From: Lachnospiraceae bacterium | GTDB lineage: Bacteria; Bacillota; Clostridia; Lachnospirales; Lachnospiraceae | Reading direction: 5' to 3' | Assembly (NCBI GenBank): GCA_017437065.1 | Contig: JAFSBX010000076.1 | Location: forward strand, 88,466-152,465 | DNA length: 64,000 nt | Shown here: piece after piece, positions 20,422 to 29,139 of the stretch | Position numbering within the stretch: the stretch's first letter is position 1 | Layout: every line of letters starts with the position of its first letter | Notes under the pieces: model-generated | What the model was told of the DNA's origin: nothing | The model's database searches: none | What the model saw: the letters and a program-made list of their open reading frames with translations, nothing else | Position numbers and translations under genes: made by a program

Positions 20422-21153
20422 ATGTTATCTAAAATTATAAAACCCGGAGATAAACTGGAACTGCAGAAAGTTGAAAGAGTTCAGGAGAACGGGGAGATAG
20501 AGGTATATAAAAAAATATATCATAGCAAGGTATGTGAGGTTTTAAGCGAAGACCGGATGGAAATAACCATGCCGATTGAAAAAGGAAAACTGATGCTTTT
20601 GCAGGTGGATACCGAATATGATTTGTATTTTTATGCTGATAATGGTTTATATCAATGTTTTGCCAGAGTGGTAGACCGCTATAAAACCAATAATATTTAT
20701 ATGATTTTAGTGGAGTTGACCAGTAATCTGAGAAAGCAACAGAGAAGAGAATATTATCGCTTTAGTTGTGCTCTTGAAATGAACACAGGAAAGATAGCGG
20801 AAGAAAAACTGCAGGAAGTTGTGCAGGCAGAAGGTAAAGTAAAGCCTCAAACCGAGAAAATGAATAAAAGTGTCATTGTAGATATCAGTGGTGGCGGATT
20901 GCGTTTCGTTGTAGAACAGAAATACGATGTGGATAGTCTGGTTCTTTGTGCTTACAGACTTTTTATTGAAGGGCAACAGAAAGAATATAATCTGGTCGGA
21001 AAAGTACTGAGTGTGAAAGAGTTGATAAATCGCCCCGGTGTTTATGAACACAGAGTACAATATGTAAACATAAATACAGAGGAGCAGGAAGAGATTATTC
21101 GATATATTTTTCAGGAAGAGCGGAAACACAGAAGAAAGGAACTTGGCTTTTAA
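20422..21153 (+). CDS. PilZ-domain protein (YcgR/MotI-like candidate c-di-GMP flagellar brake)
   Basis: Both c-di-GMP binding motifs are present: RxxxR (RREYYR) and DxSxxG (DISGGG). The N-terminal half resembles the YcgR-type PilZN domain. Confidence 0.75.
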   Translation: MLSKIIKPGDKLELQKVERVQENGEIEVYKKIYHSKVCEVLSEDRMEITMPIEKGKLMLLQVDTEYDLYFYADNGLYQCFARVVDRYKTNNIYMILVELTSNLRKQQRREYYRFSCALEMNTGKIAEEKLQEVVQAEGKVKPQTEKMNKSVIVDISGGGLRFVVEQKYDVDSLVLCAYRLFIEGQQKEYNLVGKVLSVKELINRPGVYEHRVQYVNINTEEQEEIIRYIFQEERKHRRKELGF

Positions 21154-21202
21154 ACGGATTGTATATTTACAAGAAAAAAGCCGGAAAGTGAGGAACTGAA
21201 AA

Positions 21203-22279
21203 ATGAAAAAAATTCTCGTAGTTGATGATTCTGCACTTATGAGAAGAGTCCTTTGTGATATAATCAATAGTGATAAGAGATTCCAAGTAGAAGATAAGGC
21301 AAATAATGGCGAAGAAGCATTATTTTTGTTAATGACAAAATCATATGATGCAGTTGTCCTTGATGTAAATATGCCGAAGATGAACGGACTGGAGTTGTTA
21401 AGACAGTTGCAGGCAAAAAAAATTCCTGCAAGGGTAATGATGGCAAGTACGGATACAAAAGGCGGGGCAAAAACAACATTAGATGCTTTGGAGCTTGGAG
21501 CACTTGATTTCATACATAAACCGTCAAATGCCATTGAATGTCGAAACAGTGAATTTCAAAAGAAAATGCTTGACATTTTAGCCGCGGTAGCAGACAGCAG
21601 ACTTCCATCCTTTAACAATAATAAGGCATTTAGTTTAGAGGAGATTAAGTCAACGAAAAAGATGATTGAACTTGTTCGGAAGAATACAACCCAAATTTCC
21701 GGAAATAAGGTTGTAGCCATTGCAAGTTCTACAGGAGGTCCGAAAGCATTGCAGTCGGTTCTGCCGAAACTGCCGGGAAATTTGAAAGCACCTGTAGTAG
21801 TAGTACAGCATATGCCGGCAGGTTTTACAGCATCATTAGCTGAAAGATTGAACTCGTTGTCAGAGCTTTCCGTAAAGGAAGGAGAAGAGGGAGATATATT
21901 GCAGGCAGGATGTGCTTATATCGCAAGAGGCGGTAAGCATTTAAACGTGGTGACAAAAGGCAACAAACAGGTAATACATTACTCCGATGAACCGAGCAGG
22001 GAAGGAGTAAAACCATGTGCAAATTATATGTATGAATCCTTAATGAACTGTCCTTATGATGAAGTAGTATGTGCAGTTCTTACAGGAATGGGTGCAGATG
22101 GGACGAAAGGAATCGAAACATTAAAAACAACTAAAAAAACACATGTTATTGCGCAGGAAGAAAGTACATGTGCTGTGTATGGAATGCCGAAGAGTATTGT
22201 AAAAGCAGGTCTTAATGATCAGATTGTACCATTGGAACAGATTGCGCAGGAAATAATATTAAACGTGGGGGTAATGTAG
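21203..22279 (+). CDS. cheB: Chemotaxis methylesterase/deamidase CheB
   Basis: N-terminal receiver (VVDDSALMR, DVNMPKMNG) plus a methylesterase domain (IASSTGGPKAL, HMPAGFT, GMGADG). Confidence 0.92.
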   Translation: MKKILVVDDSALMRRVLCDIINSDKRFQVEDKANNGEEALFLLMTKSYDAVVLDVNMPKMNGLELLRQLQAKKIPARVMMASTDTKGGAKTTLDALELGALDFIHKPSNAIECRNSEFQKKMLDILAAVADSRLPSFNNNKAFSLEEIKSTKKMIELVRKNTTQISGNKVVAIASSTGGPKALQSVLPKLPGNLKAPVVVVQHMPAGFTASLAERLNSLSELSVKEGEEGDILQAGCAYIARGGKHLNVVTKGNKQVIHYSDEPSREGVKPCANYMYESLMNCPYDEVVCAVLTGMGADGTKGIETLKTTKKTHVIAQEESTCAVYGMPKSIVKAGLNDQIVPLEQIAQEIILNVGVM

Positions 22280-22280
22280 A

Positions 22281-24380
22281 ATGGACGTAAGCCAATATCT
22301 TGAAATTTTCCTTGATGAAACAAAAGAACATTTACAAAATTTAAACACCCAGATTTTGGAATTGGAGCAGGAACCGGAAAATATGGATACCATCAATGAG
22401 ATTTTCCGTGCGGCACATTCCTTAAAAGGTATGGCCGGAACCATGGGATTTAAGAGAATGCAGGCTCTTACCCATGATATGGAAAATGTATTTTCAGAGG
22501 TTAGAAACGGGACAATTAAAGTTCGTGGAAATATGATTGATATTTTATTTCAGTGCCTTGATGCATTGGAAGAGTATCTTTCTACAATCCAGGAAACAGC
22601 AGATGAAGGAACAAATGATAATGAACCGTTGATTAAAGCTCTGAATGAGATTTTACAAGGTGGTGGAGGTGCAGCAGCACAGCCAAAAGAAGAGAAACCG
22701 GCACAGGCAGAAACAGTAGAAGAAAATAAAGAAGAAAAAGATACTGCCAATGAAAAATGGCGTACGATTAAGCAGGATAGTACGGATAGAAACGTAATTC
22801 GCGAAGCATATGCTCAAAATAAAAATGTGTTCGGACTGACCGTGAAAGTACAGGAATCCTGTATCTTAAAAGCCGCAAGAGCATTTTTGGTGTTTAAAGC
22901 TTTAGAAGAAATCGGTGAAATTATTATTTCAAATCCTTCTACACAGGATATTGAGGACGAAAAATTCGAATATGATTTTAGTGTGATCTTTATTACTGAT
23001 AAGGATTTGAATGCTGTTATAAAAGCAGCAATGAATGTATCTGAGATTGAGTCAGTTGTAGGTGGCGTTGTAGAAGTAGCACAGGCAGATGCAACAGAAA
23101 CAGCAGAAGTTGCTAAAGTAGAAAAAGAGGAAACAGCAGAAACAGCAGTAGTAGTGGAAACTCCGCAAAAAGCACAGCCTGCAGCCGCAAAAGCAACAGA
23201 TAAGAAACCGGCAGCAAAACCTGTAGTGAACAGAACTGTTCGTGTAGATATTGAAAAATTAGATGTACTCATGAATCTTGTAAGTGAGTTAATTATTGCA
23301 AAGAATACTTTGGTATCAGCTGCAAATGCGGAAGGTAATACTACAAGCGGTGGATTCAATGAACATATTGAGTATATTGAAAGTGTTACAACTAACTTAC
23401 ATGAATCGGTTATGAAAGTCCGAATGGTGCCGATTGAGAGTGTTGTTAATAAATTCCCGCGTATGATTCGTGATTTATCTAAAAAATTGAATAAGAAAAT
23501 GGAATTATACATGTCCGGTGAAGAAACAGAATTAGATCGTACTGTAGTTGATGAAATCGGTGATCCACTTATGCATTTGTTGCGTAATTCAGCAGATCAT
23601 GGTTTGGAATCAGCAGAGTTGCGTAAAGAAAGAGGAAAGCCGGAAGTAGGTTCTATTTATCTGGATGCTTATCAGGATGGAAATAACGTTGTCATTGAAG
23701 TAAGAGATGACGGTAATGGTATTGATGTAGAGGCTGTAAAGAATAAAGCTATTGACCGTGGTGTTATTACAGCAGAGCAGGGTGAGAACATGAGCGACAA
23801 AGAAATTATTGATTTGTTGTTCAGTGCAGGATTCTCTACTGCAAAACAGGTATCCGACGTATCCGGAAGAGGTGTAGGTCTTGATGTTGTTAAGTCTAAG
23901 ATTGAAGCGTTAAGTGGTGAGGTTGAAGTTAAGAGTAAACTCGGAGTAGGAAGTACATGGATTATCAGACTTCCACTTACACTTGCTATTATTCAGGCAC
24001 TTATGGTAGTTGTAGGTGGCGAAAAATATGCAATATCATTAGGTTCAATACAGACAATTGAAGATATTAACAAAGATGATATTAAGCTTGTACAGGCAAA
24101 AGAGGTAATTCACTTAAGAGGAACTGTTATTCCATTAATTCGTTTGAGCAATGTACTGGATATCGAGTCCAAGAAGAGCTCAGATGAGGATCTTTTAGTT
24201 GTTATTGTTAAGAAAGGAGATAAGCTTGCAGGTCTCGTTGTAGATGAACTGATGGGACAGCAGGAAATTGTTATCAAGTCCATGGGTAAATACATTAATA
24301 AATGTAAATTTATCAGTGGTGCGACGATTCTTGGTGACGGTGAAGTTGCTCTTATTCTTGATGCAAATGCGCTTATTTAA
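22281..24380 (+). CDS. cheA: Chemotaxis histidine kinase CheA
   Basis: Hpt motif FRAAHSLKGMAG, HATPase boxes (HLLRNSADHG, DDGNGID, GRGVGLDVV) and a C-terminal CheW-like domain. Confidence 0.95.
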   Translation: MDVSQYLEIFLDETKEHLQNLNTQILELEQEPENMDTINEIFRAAHSLKGMAGTMGFKRMQALTHDMENVFSEVRNGTIKVRGNMIDILFQCLDALEEYLSTIQETADEGTNDNEPLIKALNEILQGGGGAAAQPKEEKPAQAETVEENKEEKDTANEKWRTIKQDSTDRNVIREAYAQNKNVFGLTVKVQESCILKAARAFLVFKALEEIGEIIISNPSTQDIEDEKFEYDFSVIFITDKDLNAVIKAAMNVSEIESVVGGVVEVAQADATETAEVAKVEKEETAETAVVVETPQKAQPAAAKATDKKPAAKPVVNRTVRVDIEKLDVLMNLVSELIIAKNTLVSAANAEGNTTSGGFNEHIEYIESVTTNLHESVMKVRMVPIESVVNKFPRMIRDLSKKLNKKMELYMSGEETELDRTVVDEIGDPLMHLLRNSADHGLESAELRKERGKPEVGSIYLDAYQDGNNVVIEVRDDGNGIDVEAVKNKAIDRGVITAEQGENMSDKEIIDLLFSAGFSTAKQVSDVSGRGVGLDVVKSKIEALSGEVEVKSKLGVGSTWIIRLPLTLAIIQALMVVVGGEKYAISLGSIQTIEDINKDDIKLVQAKEVIHLRGTVIPLIRLSNVLDIESKKSSDEDLLVVIVKKGDKLAGLVVDELMGQQEIVIKSMGKYINKCKFISGATILGDGEVALILDANALI

Positions 24381-24395
24381 GAGGAGGGATAACAG

Positions 24396-24860
24396 ATGGA
24401 AGAATTAAAAATTGTATCCGATACAAATACAACACAGTATATTGTAATAAAAATCGGCGAGGAACAGTATGGAATAGACATTAAATACATAGATAATATT
24501 GTTCGTATGCAGCAGATAACACGTGTTCCAAAGGTAGCACCGTATTTAAGAGGCGTAATTAATCTTCGTGGTGAAGTAATTCCGGTTATGAGTCTGAGAT
24601 TAAAAATGGATTTGCCGACAGATGAAATTACAAAAGCGACAAGAATTATTGTATTGAAAGTAGAACAGGAAGGTATGATTGGTGTTATCGTAGATGAAGT
24701 GAAGGAAGTTGTAACACTTGACAATTCTCAGATTGAAAAGGTGTCTTATGACAGTAAAGAAGATAAAGTCAATTATATTAATGGAATTGGAAAATATGAA
24801 GGCGGTCTGATTTCACTTTTGGATTTGAACACAGTGACTCTTGAAAAAGAAAACGCATAA
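24396..24860 (+). CDS. cheW: Chemotaxis coupling protein CheW
   Basis: 154 aa, CheW fold signature (YGIDIKYIDNIV...VINLRGEVIPV). RBS GAGGAGGG. Confidence 0.9.
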   Translation: MEELKIVSDTNTTQYIVIKIGEEQYGIDIKYIDNIVRMQQITRVPKVAPYLRGVINLRGEVIPVMSLRLKMDLPTDEITKATRIIVLKVEQEGMIGVIVDEVKEVVTLDNSQIEKVSYDSKEDKVNYINGIGKYEGGLISLLDLNTVTLEKENA

Positions 24861-24876
24861 AAGGAATGTACCGGAT

Positions 24877-25500
24877 ATGGATGAAATCAACGTAGAAAAA
24901 ATTTCACAAGAATATTTCGATGTCTTAAAAGAGTTGGGTAATATTGGAGCGGGCAATGCAACTACTGCATTAGCCCAAATGCTCCAGTGTAAAGTGGATA
25001 TGAAAGTTCCACAGGTTCAACTCTTGGAATTCAAAAATGTAGGTGCCATGATAGGTGGCGAAGAACATCTTATGACAGGCATTTATTTGGGAGTTGAAGG
25101 GGACATTACAGGAAGTATTATGTTCCTGATGGAGCAGGAAACTGCAAGACATTTAGTGTCTAAAATGATGATGGGAATGGACAGTGGCGGTGATAGGTTC
25201 AATGAAATGGAATTGTCGGCGCTTAAGGAAGTAGGAAATATTATAACAGGTTCTTATTTGAACTCATTGTCGGATTTAACAAGATTGACAATTTATCCGA
25301 CTATACCTTCTATTGCAACGGATATGGCAGGAGCGATTTTGAGTGTTCCGGCTATTGAATTCGGTGTATATGGTGACAAGATACTGCTGATTCAGACACA
25401 ATTTTCAGATGAAGTTGACTTAAACGGATACTTTATCTTAGTTCCTGATGTAGATTCTTATACTAAGATATTATCGTCACTGGGTATTATCAGTGAGTAA
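24877..25500 (+). CDS. cheC: CheY-P phosphatase CheC
   Basis: Two D/S-x3-E-x2-N-x22-P sites are present (DVLKELGN..22..P and SALKEVGN..22..P). ATG 24877 is preferred over the track's TTG 24841. Confidence 0.82.
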   Translation: MDEINVEKISQEYFDVLKELGNIGAGNATTALAQMLQCKVDMKVPQVQLLEFKNVGAMIGGEEHLMTGIYLGVEGDITGSIMFLMEQETARHLVSKMMMGMDSGGDRFNEMELSALKEVGNIITGSYLNSLSDLTRLTIYPTIPSIATDMAGAILSVPAIEFGVYGDKILLIQTQFSDEVDLNGYFILVPDVDSYTKILSSLGIISE

Positions 25501-25541
25501 GTCTCTCATGAAAAAATTTGAGCAAGATTGAAGGATAAAGT

Positions 25542-26027
25542 ATGGGTGAGATTATAAAGGTTGGAATGGCCGATTTGAAAGTAGTGAAAAGTCCGGATGG
25601 TGTTACCACTTTGGGACTTGGTTCATGTGTAGGCATTGCAGTAAGAGATCCGGTTACGAAGATAGGTGGATTGGCTCATATTATGTTACCGGATAGTACT
25701 GCAATAAGGAATAATGCCAATATACCAAAGTTTGCGGATACGGGAATTGAAGAATTGGTAAAACAGATTGTTGCGTTAGGTGCAAATCGTGCAAGATTGG
25801 TTGCTAAAATAGCAGGTGGGGCACAGATGTTTAGTTTTTCCAGTAAAAGTGATATGATTCGTGTAGGCGAAAGAAATGTAGCTGCCTGTAAGAAAAAACT
25901 TGCAGAAATGAAGATACCTATTCTGGCAGAAGATACAGGGGATTCTTATGGTAGAACTGTAATTTTTTATCCGGAAACAGGTGATTTTGTAATAAGGGCA
26001 GTAGGGAAAAGTGAGACTGTCATTTAA
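25542..26027 (+). CDS. cheD: Chemoreceptor glutamine deamidase CheD
   Basis: 161 aa. LGLGSCVGIAVRD contains the catalytic Cys region. It follows cheC. Confidence 0.85.
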   Translation: MGEIIKVGMADLKVVKSPDGVTTLGLGSCVGIAVRDPVTKIGGLAHIMLPDSTAIRNNANIPKFADTGIEELVKQIVALGANRARLVAKIAGGAQMFSFSSKSDMIRVGERNVAACKKKLAEMKIPILAEDTGDSYGRTVIFYPETGDFVIRAVGKSETVI

Positions 26028-26047
26028 AATGACAGGTAGGAGCAGAA

Positions 26048-26329
26048 ATGAAGAGAAAATTATTACCGCCGTTTATTATGCTGACAGCAGGCTTAATAAC
26101 AAGTATCAGAACTTTTTGTCTGCATTATGACATGAAAAGTTCACTTATTATTTTGCTTGTTGTTTTGGTTGTATTTTATGTTCTAGGCAGTATTTTTAAG
26201 TATATATTAGATTTATTTGAGAAAGAGAATGAGCAGAAGGCTCTTGATGAGGGTGAAGTTTTCGAAAAAGCATCAGAAGATGAGTCTGAGTTGGGAAATG
26301 AAGCGGTGGACTCAGTTACTGAGGAGTAG
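26048..26329 (+). CDS. Small two-TM membrane protein with acidic tail, unknown function
   Basis: 93 aa with two hydrophobic segments followed by EKENEQKALDEGEVFEKASEDESELGNE. It is tightly packed between cheD and sigD. Confidence 0.5.
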   Translation: MKRKLLPPFIMLTAGLITSIRTFCLHYDMKSSLIILLVVLVVFYVLGSIFKYILDLFEKENEQKALDEGEVFEKASEDESELGNEAVDSVTEE

Positions 26330-26363
26330 CGAAGCAGAATAAATACTGTAGTTGGAGGGCACT

Positions 26364-27131
26364 ATGGACGAAATGGGCAGAAAAAAACTATGGGATGAAT
26401 ATTCAAGGACGAAATCTCCTGAGTTGAGGGAAAAGATTATATTAGAGTATGCACCGCTTGTAAAGGTAGTAGCGGGAAGGCTTAGTATGTATCTTGGATA
26501 TAATGTTGAATATGATGATTTAGTAGGGTATGGTATTTTTGGTTTAATTGATGCGATTGATAAATTTGATTTTATGAAAGAAGTAAAGTTTGAAACTTAT
26601 GCAAGTCTTAGAATCAGAGGTGCAATATTAGACCAGATAAGAAAGATGGACTGGATTCCAAGAACGATACGACAGAAACAGAAAAAGATAGATGCAGTAA
26701 TTAAATCAATTGAAGCAGAAAAAGGAAGGAATGCCACAGATGAAGAAATTGCTGTGGGGCTGGGTATTACAGAAGACGAGTATACTGAATGGCAGAGCCA
26801 AATGAAAATTACGAACATTGTATCTTTGAATGAATATTTGGAACAGGGAAGTGAAGTTTCTGTTGAATATAATCATACAGCTAAATTTGACAGTCCGGAA
26901 GAAGTTTTGGAAAAAGGGGAACTAAAGAAAGTATTGGCAGAAGCCTTAGAGCTTTTGACAGAAAAAGAGAGAAAAGTAATTGTGCTTTATTATTATGAAG
27001 AACTTACTTTAAAAGAAATAAGTAATATTTTGGAAGTATCTGAATCAAGAATTTCCCAGCTTCATACGAGAGGGTTACAGAAAATGAAATCGAAGATGGG
27101 AAAATATATTGGGATTTTAACAGACAAGTAA
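26364..27131 (+). CDS. sigD: Flagellar sigma factor SigD/FliA (sigma-28)
   Basis: Sigma-70 region 2 (KFETYASLRIRGAILDQIRKMDWIPR), region 3 and region 4 (LTLKEISNILEVSESRISQLHTRGLQKM) are present. The position matches B. subtilis sigD. Confidence 0.9.
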   Translation: MDEMGRKKLWDEYSRTKSPELREKIILEYAPLVKVVAGRLSMYLGYNVEYDDLVGYGIFGLIDAIDKFDFMKEVKFETYASLRIRGAILDQIRKMDWIPRTIRQKQKKIDAVIKSIEAEKGRNATDEEIAVGLGITEDEYTEWQSQMKITNIVSLNEYLEQGSEVSVEYNHTAKFDSPEEVLEKGELKKVLAEALELLTEKERKVIVLYYYEELTLKEISNILEVSESRISQLHTRGLQKMKSKMGKYIGILTDK

Positions 27132-27161
27132 ATGCACTAGGAGAAAGGCAAGGTGGCGGAA

Positions 27162-28757
27162 ATGAGCAATGGATATTTTCAATTAGTTAGTAAAGATGGA
27201 GAAGTAAAGTTGAGGCTTGTTCCGCCAACAGATGGTGGGGAAAATATTGAAATTAGTGAGGTCATGGGATATTTACAACAAAAAAGTATTCCCTATGACC
27301 TTTCTGTGTTAAATAATACAATCCAAAATTTGGTTAATACGACAGAACTTAAGCTTACTAATGGTAGTGGGCATTTAGAAAGAGAATGCTGCAAAATAGA
27401 AGTTTCTCAGGATAAAATGACTGTTACAGCCAGATTTCTTGCACCTTCTGAGGGTGGGGAACTTATGACAAAAGATGAGTTTTTAAATGATCTTGCACAT
27501 AAAAATATTGTGCAGGGGATTGATGAAGCGGTAATAGATGATTTTTTTGAAAACAGAAAGTATTGTACCGATATTGTTGTTGCCAAGGGAAAAGAACCGA
27601 GGCATGGAGAGGATGCACGTATTGAGTATTTCTTCAATGTGGATTTAAAGGTCAAACCTACTTTGAAGGATGATGGAAGTGTGGATTTCTTTAACCTTAA
27701 TACAATTAATCACTGTAATAAAGGGGATATGCTTGCCAGACTGATTCAGGAAGATTTAGGAGAAGCAGGAATTGACGTATACGGAGAAAGAATTAAGCCG
27801 AGAGAAGTACATCGAGCTTTTTTGAAATTTGGTAAAAATATTAAGCTTGGAGAAGACGGTCTTGAGATTTTTTCGGAAGTAAACGGACATGTAGAACTGG
27901 TAGAAGATAAGGTTTTCGTATCTGATGTATTTGAGGTAGAGAACGTAGATAACAGTACCGGAAATATCGAATATGAAGGAAGTATACAGATTAACGGCAA
28001 TGTTGGCGAAAACTTTTCGGTAAAGGCAAAAGGAAATGTTGAAGTCAGAGGTGTAGTTGAAGGTGCTTATGTGGAAGCAGGCGGTGATATAATCATTGCA
28101 AGAGGCATGAACGGTATGGGTAAGGGTACATTAAAGGCAGGCGGAAACATTGTTTCAAAATTTCTTGAAAATGTGAAGTCAGCAGTAGCAGATGGCTATA
28201 TTTCCACGGAATCAATTCTTCATAGTACAGTAATGGCAAGAACAGAAGTAACAGTTGACGGGAAAAGAGGTTTCATTACCGGGGGAAGAGTTTGTGCCGG
28301 CAATATGATAAAGGTAAAGACGTTGGGTTCTTCCATGGGTGCAGATACGATTGTTGAGGTAGGTACTGACCCGGGAATAAAACTTCGCTATCAGGAATTG
28401 CAGAAATCCGTTATGGAAATTAATAAGATTTTGAAGTCTATTCAGCCGATTATTGATGCAGGTAACCAGAAAATCGCAAAAGGTATCAGACTGGAACCGG
28501 ATCAGTTAAAATATGTACTGTCTCTTATGAAATTGCGTGAGGGTAAAAATGCCCAGTTACAGAAAGAGAGTGAAGAAATGAATCAGATTCAGACGGAACT
28601 CGGACTGATGGCAAACGGACAGGTAGTAGTAACCGGTGAAGTATTCCCGGGAACAAGAATTTGTATAGGTGATACTTCAACGGTTGTAAAATCATCTGTG
28701 CAGTACTGTCGTTTTATAAAAGAAGCCGGCGATGTGAAGATGACAGGAATGAATTAG
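27162..28757 (+). CDS. FapA/DUF342-like protein (flagellar-assembly-associated, beta-helix repeat)
   Basis: About 531 aa. The N-terminal NGYFQL...VKLRLVPP and a central run of G-x-V/I repeats (GNIEYEGSIQINGNVGENFSVKAKGNVEVRGVVEGAYVEAGGDIIIARG) are typical of DUF342 proteins, recalled from memory. Confidence 0.6.
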   Translation: MSNGYFQLVSKDGEVKLRLVPPTDGGENIEISEVMGYLQQKSIPYDLSVLNNTIQNLVNTTELKLTNGSGHLERECCKIEVSQDKMTVTARFLAPSEGGELMTKDEFLNDLAHKNIVQGIDEAVIDDFFENRKYCTDIVVAKGKEPRHGEDARIEYFFNVDLKVKPTLKDDGSVDFFNLNTINHCNKGDMLARLIQEDLGEAGIDVYGERIKPREVHRAFLKFGKNIKLGEDGLEIFSEVNGHVELVEDKVFVSDVFEVENVDNSTGNIEYEGSIQINGNVGENFSVKAKGNVEVRGVVEGAYVEAGGDIIIARGMNGMGKGTLKAGGNIVSKFLENVKSAVADGYISTESILHSTVMARTEVTVDGKRGFITGGRVCAGNMIKVKTLGSSMGADTIVEVGTDPGIKLRYQELQKSVMEINKILKSIQPIIDAGNQKIAKGIRLEPDQLKYVLSLMKLREGKNAQLQKESEEMNQIQTELGLMANGQVVVTGEVFPGTRICIGDTSTVVKSSVQYCRFIKEAGDVKMTGMN

Positions 28758-28808
28758 AAAAGGCAGCATTGTAACAGTAAAACGGAAGAATAAGAGGGGC
28801 GTGAGATT

Positions 28809-29126
28809 ATGGCAATTGGTTCAATATCATTACAAGGACAAATATCAAGGGCTCAGGATTTTTCTACAATAAAACAGAATGAAGATAATAAAGTTATTGT
28901 GGATCAGGGTAATTTCCAGACACACTTCAATAAGGAAGTCAATCATAACCTGAATCGGGTGCACCAAAGTGATAATACAGAGAACAGAGGCAAAAAACAT
29001 GATGCAAAGGACAAGGGGAACGGGCAATACAGCGGTGATGGCGGAAGACAGAGAAAGCATGAAGAACTGCAGGGAAGCGTGCGATTGAAAACTCAGTTGG
29101 ACAAAGGTTTTGATATTAAAGTTTAG
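28809..29126 (+). CDS. Small hydrophilic, probably disordered protein, unknown function
   Basis: 105 aa, N/Q/K/G/D/H-rich with no hydrophobic core or TM. RBS GAGGGG. Co-directional and tightly spaced with its neighbours. Confidence 0.45.
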   Translation: MAIGSISLQGQISRAQDFSTIKQNEDNKVIVDQGNFQTHFNKEVNHNLNRVHQSDNTENRGKKHDAKDKGNGQYSGDGGRQRKHEELQGSVRLKTQLDKGFDIKV

Positions 29127-29139
29127 GAGACAGTGAAAG

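Noticed and set aside
20707-21534. 275-aa ORF on the minus strand spanning the PilZ 3' end, the intergenic gap and the cheB 5' end
   Set aside because: It is antisense to two well-supported genes. Its F/L/S/I-rich, low-complexity composition is typical of the complement of GAA/AAA-rich coding DNA. It has no RBS and no recognisable motif.
22814-23512. 232-aa minus-strand ORF inside cheA
   Set aside because: It is antisense to the acidic, Ala-rich linker of CheA. Its composition is S/T/A/F-biased with no independent signals, so I treat it as a shadow ORF.
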